Shown here in pieces: positions 37,920-46,553 of a DNA stretch of 64,000 bases. Source of the stretch: Sphingobacteriales bacterium (GTDB lineage Bacteria > Bacteroidota > Bacteroidia > AKYH767-A > OLB10); contig JAJTFW010000011.1 of the NCBI GenBank assembly GCA_021299095.1, positions 43 to 64,042 of the forward strand, given 5' to 3'. How positions within the stretch are numbered: the stretch's first letter is position 1; each line of letters starts with the position of its first letter. The position numbers and the translations under genes are program-made. The notes beneath the pieces are model-generated. The model had not been told where the DNA came from, ran no database searches, and saw nothing but the letters and a program-made list of their open reading frames with translations.

Positions 37920-39338
37920 ATGCGTATCCAACTCATTGTGGCATTGCTTTTTCCTTTTATGGGAATTGCACAAACCGGCATCGACAAGCCGATTTATCAA
38001 ATCAATACGTACCGCGATACGACATTCCTGGGGTCCATCACGATGGAATTGTTTCCGCTTGTAGCGCCGCTGCATGTCAATAATTTCGACAGCCTGGTAG
38101 CCCAAAACTTTTTTGACAGTACGGCCTTCCACCGGGTGGTGCCTGGTTTTGTGATCCAGGGCGGTGATCCCAACTCCATCAGTGGTCCCATCAGCACCTG
38201 GGGCCAGGGGCAAGCTTCCCAGCCCACCGTTCCGGCCGAGTTCAGTGCGGTGCGTCACCTGCGCGGCATTGTTGGCGCTGCACGCGATACCAATATCAAT
38301 AGCGCCAATTCCCAGTTTTACATCTGTGTGGCTCCTGCCACTTTCCTTGATGGCAACTACACGGTATTCGGTCGTGTGATCCAGGGCATGGAAGTGGTTG
38401 ATACGATTGTCGCTTCTCCACGCGATGCCAACGATGTGCCCTTACAGAAGATTTCGATGTTTGTCGATTCAATCGGCGTGAGCAACCTTGTCCCCGATTC
38501 GGTTACACTGACAGATCCCCCTGATCAGGCCGTGAATGTGGCAAACACCCAGTTGTTCCGTTGGATCAGCTCATTGGGTACTGTACTATACACAGCGGAA
38601 TTCGCTACCGATTCCCTCTTCAGCAACATTGTGCTGACCCGGTCAGTAGGATCAAATCAGGCAACAGCCTCCACGTTACCGGCTTCTTCGAAATACTACT
38701 GGAGGGTAAGGGCAAACAATGGTGGGCGTCTTAGTCCCTACTCCGTTGTTCGGAGTTTCACGACCCTTCCCGGTGGGGCGAACCTGGTATCGCCACCGGA
38801 CTCGGCTGTGCAGACCTTTACCAATCCCGTCTTTACCTGGAACAGCGTGCCTTTTGCTGACAACTACCGCCTGCAGGTAGCCACCCAAAACACATTCAGT
38901 TCATCCAGTCTTGTTGCGGATCAAACTGGAATCACCGATACAGCCTTCCAGGTTGCTCCCTTGTTGAACAACACCCGCTACTATTGGCGCGTACGCTCCT
39001 ACAGTGGAACCTTACCCGGTTTGTTCTCTGCCAAGTACACGTTCGAAACCGGTACGGTAGCCGGGTTAGCGGGAGATGACGGCCGTTCAGGTCGCATCCG
39101 TATTTATCCAAATCCAGCAGACCGGGAAGTGGTGGTAGAATCAGATTGGATCAGCACAGCAGGGGCCATGAGGATTCTCCTCAGTGATTTGACAGGCCGG
39201 GATATCCTGCCGGTGAAATCTGTTCATCCACACGATTCGCGTGTATCCATAGACGTGAGTATGTTGCCCCCCGGCATGTATGTATTGGGAATCCTGCAGG
39301 GCGATCAAACCGTGTATGAGCGTTTGGTGATCGAATAG
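37920..39338 (+). CDS. Cyclophilin-type PPIase with Fn3/Ig-like modules and T9SS CTD
   Basis: FHRVVPGFVIQGGDP, SANSQFYI, LDGNYTVFGRV; two YYWRVR modules; CTD IYPNPA..DLTGR..PGMYVL. Confidence 0.9.
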   Translation: MRIQLIVALLFPFMGIAQTGIDKPIYQINTYRDTTFLGSITMELFPLVAPLHVNNFDSLVAQNFFDSTAFHRVVPGFVIQGGDPNSISGPISTWGQGQASQPTVPAEFSAVRHLRGIVGAARDTNINSANSQFYICVAPATFLDGNYTVFGRVIQGMEVVDTIVASPRDANDVPLQKISMFVDSIGVSNLVPDSVTLTDPPDQAVNVANTQLFRWISSLGTVLYTAEFATDSLFSNIVLTRSVGSNQATASTLPASSKYYWRVRANNGGRLSPYSVVRSFTTLPGGANLVSPPDSAVQTFTNPVFTWNSVPFADNYRLQVATQNTFSSSSLVADQTGITDTAFQVAPLLNNTRYYWRVRSYSGTLPGLFSAKYTFETGTVAGLAGDDGRSGRIRIYPNPADREVVVESDWISTAGAMRILLSDLTGRDILPVKSVHPHDSRVSIDVSMLPPGMYVLGILQGDQTVYERLVIE

Positions 39339-39364
39339 TCCATCCGGTACTTACCGATTATCCC

Positions 39365-40501
39365 ATGCGACTGATTCCCGTCGAGACCCCTCATCAGCTA
39401 CGAACCTTTATCCGTTTGCCGTTTGAGCTGAACAGGGGTCGCTCCGGTTGGGTTCCTCCTTTTATCGGCGATGAGCGAAGTTTTCATGATCCGCGTAAGA
39501 ACCCCATGCTACGCGAATGCGAAACCATGCTGTATTTGCTTGAAGAAGATGGCCGAACCATCGGACGTGTTATGGGAATCATACACACTGAATACAACCA
39601 AAAACACAATGAGCAGACGGCTCGTTTTTTCAAACTCGAATGCATCGATAATGCTGCGGCATTTCATTGCTTGATCAACGCCATTGAAGAATGGGCCCGC
39701 TCCAAAGGCATGAACCGCCTTATCGGACCGTTCGGGTTTTCCGATAAGGATCCGCAGGGATTTCAGATTGAGGGCTTCGGTCCTTTGCCGGTCATCTCTG
39801 CCCCTTCCAACTCCGAGCATCTTCCTCGCCTGTTAGCCGCTTGCGGTTATGAAAAACACCTCGACTGTGTATCCTATCACCTGCATGTGCCAAAAGTGTT
39901 GCCCCTGCGGATGAACAGTCTGGCCTCGCGCGCCCGGACAAGTTCGTCGCTCAAGATGATTTCGTTCACGAAACGGTCACAGTTAAAACCCTGGATTGTT
40001 CCTGTATTCCGCCTTGTCAATACCACCTACGCCGGCATATTCGGATTTATGCCGTTAACAGAGGAGGAGATGCATGTCCTGGCCCGGCAATACCTGCCCG
40101 TTTTGGATCCGGAGTTCACCAAATTGATTATCGATTCGAGCAATCAACCCGTAGCCTTTGTCATTGCCATGCCCGACATCAGCAAGGGGGTGCAACGGGC
40201 ACGGGGAAGGGTATTGCCTTTCGGGTTCTTTCACATCTTGAGCGAGCAGCGGAAGAGCAAGCTGTTGGTCACCCTGTTGGGTGCCGTGAAGGAGGGCTGG
40301 ACCGGACGGGGACTCACAGCCTGGCTGGGAGAAGAACTGCTATCGTCCGCCACCGCAAGAGGTATGAAGGACATAGACAGCCACCTCATCTTGGAGCAAA
40401 ATACAGCAATGCGGGGCGTGATGGATAAATTCGGCGGGCGGATTTACAAGCGCTTCCGGATTTATCAGAAAGACCTGCACACAAAGTCCGGCAGGATTTA
40501 A
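39365..40501 (+). CDS. YghO/bacterial ceramide synthase-like GNAT acyltransferase
   Basis: FIRLP..WVPP..DE..DPRKNP, GRVMGII, ECID, WARSKGM..IGPFGF..GFQIEGF, AMPD, ILEQN..M, YKRFRIY. Confidence 0.65.
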   Translation: MRLIPVETPHQLRTFIRLPFELNRGRSGWVPPFIGDERSFHDPRKNPMLRECETMLYLLEEDGRTIGRVMGIIHTEYNQKHNEQTARFFKLECIDNAAAFHCLINAIEEWARSKGMNRLIGPFGFSDKDPQGFQIEGFGPLPVISAPSNSEHLPRLLAACGYEKHLDCVSYHLHVPKVLPLRMNSLASRARTSSSLKMISFTKRSQLKPWIVPVFRLVNTTYAGIFGFMPLTEEEMHVLARQYLPVLDPEFTKLIIDSSNQPVAFVIAMPDISKGVQRARGRVLPFGFFHILSEQRKSKLLVTLLGAVKEGWTGRGLTAWLGEELLSSATARGMKDIDSHLILEQNTAMRGVMDKFGGRIYKRFRIYQKDLHTKSGRI

Positions 40502-40532
40502 ACCCGGACGAGTATCCGATTGTTGACGAACC

Positions 40533-41147
40533 ATGAACATGGAATACGATTCATCAGGCCTTACCGGACTTGACCGGTTCACCCGAGCCAATCTCATCAA
40601 TTCACTGAGCGGATACAAGCCCGTGAGTCTTATTGCTACCTGTGATTCCCGCGGAAATACCAACCTGGCCATTTTCAGCAACATCGTTCACCTTGGTGCT
40701 GATCCCGCCCTGGTAGGTTTCATCAACCGACCGCGTGAAGCGGCACCGCACACCTTGGCCAACATCGAAGCCACGGGGCTTTACACAATCAATCACATTC
40801 ACGGAGACTTGGTGCAGCAAGCGCATCAAACAAGTGCAAAATACCCTGAGGGTGTTAGTGAGTTCGAAGCCTGTGGATTCACACCGGAATACACAACCGG
40901 AGTTTCGGTTCCCTATGTGCGTGAAAGCCGGGTACGGTACCGGCTGAGGTTGGTTGAAGTGATTCCGATTTTGCACAACAACACCTTTCTTGTGATTGGG
41001 ACCATTGAGCACCTGGAGTTCCCTGCTGCCATTGTGGATGCGGACGGCTTTCTTCACCTCGACCAGGCCGGAAGCCAGGTGTCACTCGGCATCGATGGAT
41101 ATGCTGCCGTGGGGCCTGTTTCACGCTTTCCGTATGCCAGGCCCTGA
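40533..41147 (+). CDS. Flavin reductase-like (DIM6/NTAB) protein
   Basis: RANLINSLSGYK, NLAIFS..HLGADP, HTLANI, AHQTSAKY, SEF. Confidence 0.85.
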   Translation: MNMEYDSSGLTGLDRFTRANLINSLSGYKPVSLIATCDSRGNTNLAIFSNIVHLGADPALVGFINRPREAAPHTLANIEATGLYTINHIHGDLVQQAHQTSAKYPEGVSEFEACGFTPEYTTGVSVPYVRESRVRYRLRLVEVIPILHNNTFLVIGTIEHLEFPAAIVDADGFLHLDQAGSQVSLGIDGYAAVGPVSRFPYARP

Positions 41148-41191
41148 GGGCGAATGGAAAGGGATTAACTTCGCCGCAAAGCGAAATTCAA

Positions 41192-41620
41192 ATGCACATC
41201 CACATTGGTAGCGACCATGCCGGCTTCGACCTGAAACAGCAATTGGCTGAGGACCTGCGTCAGCTTGGACATACCCTCAGCGATCACGGTACACATAGCA
41301 CCGACAGCACCGATTACCCCGATTATGCCCATGCAGTTGCCCGTGCGGTTGAGGAAGATTCTCAAACCATCGGAATCTTGCTTTGTGGCAGTGCGAACGG
41401 AGTGGCCATCACAGCGAATAAACACGCCGGAATCCGTGCTGCATTGTGTTGGACACCCGAAATCGCCAGGCTGGCACGGCAACACAACAATGCCAATGTG
41501 CTTTGCATCCCCGCACGCTTTGTTGATCACGATACTGCAGCTGAAATGGTGACGAATTTTCTGACCACAGCCTTTGAAGGTGGCCGACACCAGACACGGG
41601 TGGATAAAATTGCTTGCTAA
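41192..41620 (+). CDS. rpiB: Ribose-5-phosphate isomerase B
   Basis: IGSDHAG, DYPDYA, LCGSANG, ANKHAGIRAA, HNNANVL, FEGGRH. Confidence 0.96.
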   Translation: MHIHIGSDHAGFDLKQQLAEDLRQLGHTLSDHGTHSTDSTDYPDYAHAVARAVEEDSQTIGILLCGSANGVAITANKHAGIRAALCWTPEIARLARQHNNANVLCIPARFVDHDTAAEMVTNFLTTAFEGGRHQTRVDKIAC

Positions 41621-41635
41621 AAACACCATTTTGAT

Positions 41636-42439
41636 ATGAATAAGCTCAACAAAGCTTTGCTCATTCCGGTAATCACTTTGCTGCTGACCGGAACGTTCCG
41701 GCGAGATGTCCTAGCCCAGGACTTACCTCCAATCGCTACCGACCGACCCGATCAGACGGAGTCGCCCTACATTACCCCTGCCGGTTATATCCAGGTGGAA
41801 ACCGGATTTCAAATGGAGAATGATCGCATGGAGATGTTCGGTGAAAAAACGAAATCATGGTCGGCGTTGTATCCGACTGTCTTGAGCAAGTATGGTTTCA
41901 ATGAGCGCTGCGAACTCCGTTTGATTACGGAATATGCAGCCCAAGGCATCGGGGACGAGCGTGAGGAAGGAGCACAACCGCTTATCATCGGGTTCAAGAG
42001 CCGATTGCTCGATGAGAAGGGACTGCTCCCCATGGTTACAGTGATTTGTCACCTCACAACCCCCTTCCTTGCCGGGAAGGACTTCAAGCCCACTTATTAT
42101 GCACCCTCCTTCCGTTTTCTGCTTCAGCACAGTGTGAGCGAGCGCGTTTCAGTCGGATACAACCTGGGTGCCGAGTGGGATGGGGAGACGGCCGAACCCA
42201 CCTTCATCTATACGTTTACCACGGCCATTTCACTCAGCGACCGCATCGGTTGTTACGTAGAGGCTTTCGGTTTCGCCCCCCAATTGGGACGTGCAATGCA
42301 CCAAGCCGACGGTGGATTCACCTACTTGTTTAGCGACAATGCCCAACTTGATATTTCTGGTGGCATAGCCCTGACCGATAACGCACCTGACTACTACACC
42401 TCAATTGGATTTTCTTTCCGACTTCCTGTGCGTAAATAA
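41636..42439 (+). CDS. Outer-membrane 'transporter' (MetA-pathway/phenol-degradation family barrel)
   Basis: IATDRPDQTESP, GYIQVETG, GYNLG, ADGGFTY, QLDISGG, GFSFR. Confidence 0.78.
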   Translation: MNKLNKALLIPVITLLLTGTFRRDVLAQDLPPIATDRPDQTESPYITPAGYIQVETGFQMENDRMEMFGEKTKSWSALYPTVLSKYGFNERCELRLITEYAAQGIGDEREEGAQPLIIGFKSRLLDEKGLLPMVTVICHLTTPFLAGKDFKPTYYAPSFRFLLQHSVSERVSVGYNLGAEWDGETAEPTFIYTFTTAISLSDRIGCYVEAFGFAPQLGRAMHQADGGFTYLFSDNAQLDISGGIALTDNAPDYYTSIGFSFRLPVRK

Positions 42440-42451
42440 AACCCCGCTCGA

Positions 42452-43990
42452 ATGAAAAACACCCTCTTCCTCGCTCTGCTACTTCTGACTACTCAGGCTG
42501 CGGCACAAAATACATTTTCAGTTGAATTCCATGGCGGAACCGGTGATCAGGCGGTGGATGTAGCGGAACGTTCCGGTGGAGGGTTCCTGGTGCTTGGTTA
42601 CACGCTGTCGGGTTCCAACAGCGATATCGTTCTTTCGGAAGTTTCGCCTGCAGGTGTGGTACTTCAAAGCCATACCCTTCAAACACCCGCATACGAGTTC
42701 CCGAAATCACTCACACCCACTTCTGATGGAGGCTACTTCATAACCGGAAATACATTTACAAACCCGAGCGATTACGATATGTTGCTGTTGAAGGTTGATG
42801 CGTCGTTCAATATCGTTTTTCAAAAAACCTACCGCATTGCAGGTGCCAACGAGAATGGAAACCGGGGGTTCGAGCTTTCACCGGGTCTTTACGGCGTCGC
42901 TGCATCCATCGGTGTTGGGGGAAGCGCCAAGCCCTCCTTTGTGGTGGTCGATTCGACCGGAAATGTGAGACACCAGGCCTATCTGAACACCAATTTTTTC
43001 GCCAGTCCCGACTACAGCGGGAATTACATCGGAGGAGGAGTCCTTGCCATGGTACACCTTACCAATGCATTGACATTGATGGATACAGCCGGAGTTGTAT
43101 TGGGAAATTTTTCCAGTAACATAGGCGTCTTCACCACCGATGTACTTCAATTGCCCAGTGGCGGATTTGCCTGTGTTGCGGCATCGGATTATGGCAGCCC
43201 GACTGGCGGAACACTCTCCATCGGAATCATCAATAGTACCCTATCATCCCTCATCTCAGGGGCCAAGTTTAAAGCCAATGGCAACGAACTCATTCCGGTG
43301 TCTCTGGTCCGCGATCCTGTAGGCAACTACTACATCGCTGCACGGGCTATTTCATTGTCCAATGGAAATCCCTCTCCGATCATTCTGAAGACCGATGCTT
43401 CGGGAAACCTCATTTGGTGTAAAAACTACAAGCCTGCAACGGCGCCTGCTGCGGATGTAATCAGGCTCCGGATGGCCTCTGATGGTTCCCTATTGTTGTG
43501 CGGAAGTGCAGGACCCTGGAACAACCAGCACCTCTACTTCAACAAAATCGATACGGCCGGTGTTGCCCCCTGCAACTGGGGCCCATTTACGCTCACCCAA
43601 CAGGCCCTGAGTCCGGTCGGCCAAACCCTGCATACACCGGCAAGCGGGGTGCTCCCAGCTCCCGTTACAGGCTCAGCCATTTTCCAGGCTGATACCTTGA
43701 TTACGGCTGCCTTGTGTGCAAGCGCCACTACCCTCGAGGAAACCACACAGGAAGTAGAGGTGCTTCATATCGCCCCCTCGGTCTTCAACTCATCCTTCCG
43801 CGTGCAGTTTGAGGGTTCCGCCCCGGCCTTTGTAACCGTCTGTTCGGTTACCGGTCAACAGGTTGTGTCGGGATACTTTTTATCGGGAGATAGCCTCGAC
43901 AGCTCGTCATGGCCCGCCGGTTGTTATCTTATTTCAGCGGTTTTTTCTTCTGGGAATAGCACGCGCGTACGAGGCCTACGGGTAAACTAG
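42452..43990 (+). CDS. Beta-propeller-like exported protein with degenerate T9SS CTD
   Basis: Signal peptide, TSDGGYFITG, LLKVD and ILKTDASGNLIW repeats; C-terminal IAPSV..SVTGQ..PAGCYLI. Confidence 0.7.
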   Translation: MKNTLFLALLLLTTQAAAQNTFSVEFHGGTGDQAVDVAERSGGGFLVLGYTLSGSNSDIVLSEVSPAGVVLQSHTLQTPAYEFPKSLTPTSDGGYFITGNTFTNPSDYDMLLLKVDASFNIVFQKTYRIAGANENGNRGFELSPGLYGVAASIGVGGSAKPSFVVVDSTGNVRHQAYLNTNFFASPDYSGNYIGGGVLAMVHLTNALTLMDTAGVVLGNFSSNIGVFTTDVLQLPSGGFACVAASDYGSPTGGTLSIGIINSTLSSLISGAKFKANGNELIPVSLVRDPVGNYYIAARAISLSNGNPSPIILKTDASGNLIWCKNYKPATAPAADVIRLRMASDGSLLLCGSAGPWNNQHLYFNKIDTAGVAPCNWGPFTLTQQALSPVGQTLHTPASGVLPAPVTGSAIFQADTLITAALCASATTLEETTQEVEVLHIAPSVFNSSFRVQFEGSAPAFVTVCSVTGQQVVSGYFLSGDSLDSSSWPAGCYLISAVFSSGNSTRVRGLRVN

Positions 43991-44135
43991 GTCTCAGAGC
44001 CCTTGATTGTCGATGTATTATAACTTTAATACAACATGTAAAGCATTGAAAAAGAGGCTTTAATGCTTCACCCCGATGTCTTGGGGTGTTTTTTGATAAA
44101 TACATTGACAGATTTTGTCAATTTTAAAAAATCCT

Positions 44136-44303
44136 TATATTTGTCCCCTACGCTTCAGGTTCGTTTGCAGTATCCAGATCAAGACCGCGGATTGGATCTC
44201 ACGAATCAGACCGAAGCCGGACGGAATCCCGGCAATCATTCCACCGGTACATGCCGGAAAGTAATCAAGTAAAAGCGATCACACTCGCGGTAAAAAAAAC
44301 ATT
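44136..44303 (+). promoter_or_regulatory. -7 box plus ~155 nt hairpin-rich leader
   Basis: TATATTTG at 44136-44143, several stems at 44152-44288, A8 tract before the ATG. Confidence 0.5.
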
Positions 44304-44588
44304 ATGGCAAAAAAGCGCAACGCCTTCGATGACTTCCTCGATGCAGTAGGGGGCAACATCCACCGTATCCGTATGCGCAAGGGTCATACCCTTGAGCAGC
44401 TCGGTCGCAGCGTAGGACTGGACAAGTCAAACATGCACCGTATCGAGCAGGGCAAGAACATCACCTTGGTGACCTTGCTGAAGATTTCTGCGATTCTGGA
44501 AGTGAAGCCCACGGACTTGATTAAGTCTGATGTGTCTGTCACAACTGCTGATGCGGAGGCCTTCGTACGCCGCAAGAAGCGTAAGTAA
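44304..44588 (+). CDS. XRE/Cro-family HTH regulator
   Basis: VGGNIHRIRMRKGHTLEQLG..GLDKSNMHRIEQG.NITLVTLLKIS..LEV. Confidence 0.9.
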   Translation: MAKKRNAFDDFLDAVGGNIHRIRMRKGHTLEQLGRSVGLDKSNMHRIEQGKNITLVTLLKISAILEVKPTDLIKSDVSVTTADAEAFVRRKKRK

Positions 44589-44693
44589 TTCTTCCGCTTC
44601 GCGACATTTAGGTCGTTTTTCCCCCGGGAGAAACGACCTTTACTTTTTTATTCCGCAGATCTACAGTCCAGAAAAGCTTTTAATTTGCCAGAG

Positions 44694-45461
44694 ATGTCCA
44701 GGTCCTCCCTTTCTGTTGTCGTCATCACCTACAACGAGGCGCACCGCATCGGCCGTTGCTTGGAAAGCGTGGCCGGTGTTGCTGACGAAATGGTGGTGGT
44801 GGATTCAGGTTCGACGGATACAACCGTTGAAATTGCCGAACGCTGTGGCGCCCGCGTTGTGCATCAGCCCTTTTTAGGCTACATCGAGCAAAAGAATTAT
44901 GCGACCGAGCAAGCACGCTACGATTGGGTCCTGTCTCTGGACGCGGACGAGGTACTTACTGATGGACTTCGCGAGGAGATTAGAAAAGCTGTCGATGCAC
45001 CGTCTTGCCAAGGCTATTCGATGCCCAGGCTTACTTGTTTTTGCGGTCATTGGGTGCGTTATGGCGGATGGTACCCAGACCGTAAGCTCAGGCTTTACGA
45101 CAGGCGTTTCGGCCGATGGACTGGTACCAATCCACACGATCAGTATAAACTGCAAGATGGCAGCAAGGAAGCCAGACTTTCGGGAGATCTTTTGCACTAC
45201 TCATACGACAGCCTAAGCGATCACCTGAAACAAATCGACCGCTTTAGTTTGATTGGTGCGACTGCCTTGTATGAACGCGGTAAACGTTCCAGCATCCTGA
45301 AAATGCTGGTCAAACCCTTGGCTCGATTCGTCCGGGGTTATTTTCTGCAAACTGGGTTTCTTGATGGGCTCACCGGACTGGTGATTGCCGCCAACAGTGC
45401 CCACGCCGTTTTTCTCAAGTACTACCGTTTGTATCGTATTCAGCACCAAAAAGCGGCATGA
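44694..45461 (+). CDS. Glycosyltransferase family 2 (WaaE/KdtX-like)
   Basis: SVVVITYNE, VVDSGSTD, QKNYA, WVLSLDADE, WYPD, LLHYSY, GFLDG. Confidence 0.92.
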   Translation: MSRSSLSVVVITYNEAHRIGRCLESVAGVADEMVVVDSGSTDTTVEIAERCGARVVHQPFLGYIEQKNYATEQARYDWVLSLDADEVLTDGLREEIRKAVDAPSCQGYSMPRLTCFCGHWVRYGGWYPDRKLRLYDRRFGRWTGTNPHDQYKLQDGSKEARLSGDLLHYSYDSLSDHLKQIDRFSLIGATALYERGKRSSILKMLVKPLARFVRGYFLQTGFLDGLTGLVIAANSAHAVFLKYYRLYRIQHQKAA

Positions 45462-46552
45462 ACATCCTGCACATTTCCACCCCCAACACCTGGAGGGGCG
45501 GTGAACAGCAGGTGGCCTACCTGGTCCAGGCTCTGCATGAAGCAGGAATCCACCAAGGCGTTTTATGCCCTGCCGGATCAGCCTTGTCCACCCGCACCGA
45601 ATTGCGTGGAGTCGAGGTGTTGGCTTTTCAAACAAGGGGCCCGCTAGGCTTCTTGCGTGCACGGCATATCGCACACGTTGCCCGCAATGGTAATTACACC
45701 CTGATTCACACCCACGATTCACATGCCCATACTGCTGCGGTACTTGCCGCCACCGTGTTTGGAATGCCATTGCCGATTGTTGTCAGCCGGAGGGTCGACT
45801 TCCCGGTCTCCCCGGGGCCGCTTTCGAAGTGGAAATACAATCATCCAGCTGTGCGACGCATTCTCTGTGTTTCCGATGAGATCCGCAAAATCACGGCACC
45901 GGCTATCCGCAATAAAAACATGTTAGCGGTCATTCGGTCCGGTGTGGATGCCAGTCGTTATACCACTGCAAATGGCAGGGAGAGTCTGCGCCGTGAACTC
46001 GGACTAACTCCGGAGGCTCGTCTTGTTGGAAACCTGAGTGCCTTAGCCGATCACAAGGATTATCCGACCTGGCTTCGCGCTGCGGCCCATTTGCATGCCC
46101 AAGACCCGCACCTGCATTTTGTCATTGCGGGCTCTGGACCTGAAGAGCGGGAAATTCGTCAGCTGATTTCCGGGATGGGACTGTCATCGTGTGTCTCCAT
46201 GCTTGGTTTCCGAGCGGACGTTGCGGAGGTGATGACTGCACTGGATGTATTCATGATCAGCTCCAAAACCGAAGGGTTGGGAACGATTGTCATTGAAGCC
46301 TTTGCAGCTGGAGTTCCGGTTGTCGCTACCCGCGCCGGTGGGATTCCCGAATTGGTAGAGGATGGCATTAACGGAATCCTGTGCCCTGTTGGCGATGAGG
46401 TGGCCCTTTGCGCCTCCGTGCGCCGTATTTTTGAAGAGCCCGGACTAGCTCTACGCCTTGGTGCCGCGGGAAAAGAACGGGCTCACCGTTTTTCCTTCCG
46501 GTCAACGGCAGCACAAACCCTCGAGGTGTATAGGGAAGTCAGCGGTTCTTGA
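45458..46552 (+). CDS. Glycosyltransferase family 4
   Basis: WRGGEQQ, HTHDSH, SRRVDF, HKDY, SKTEGLGTIVIEAFAAGVPVVATRAGGIPE. Confidence 0.92.
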   Translation: MNILHISTPNTWRGGEQQVAYLVQALHEAGIHQGVLCPAGSALSTRTELRGVEVLAFQTRGPLGFLRARHIAHVARNGNYTLIHTHDSHAHTAAVLAATVFGMPLPIVVSRRVDFPVSPGPLSKWKYNHPAVRRILCVSDEIRKITAPAIRNKNMLAVIRSGVDASRYTTANGRESLRRELGLTPEARLVGNLSALADHKDYPTWLRAAAHLHAQDPHLHFVIAGSGPEEREIRQLISGMGLSSCVSMLGFRADVAEVMTALDVFMISSKTEGLGTIVIEAFAAGVPVVATRAGGIPELVEDGINGILCPVGDEVALCASVRRIFEEPGLALRLGAAGKERAHRFSFRSTAAQTLEVYREVSGS

Positions 46553-46553
46553 A

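Noticed and set aside
44304-44588. XRE gene as a prophage or toxin-antitoxin marker
   Set aside because: No integrase, phage gene or toxin ORF is adjacent.
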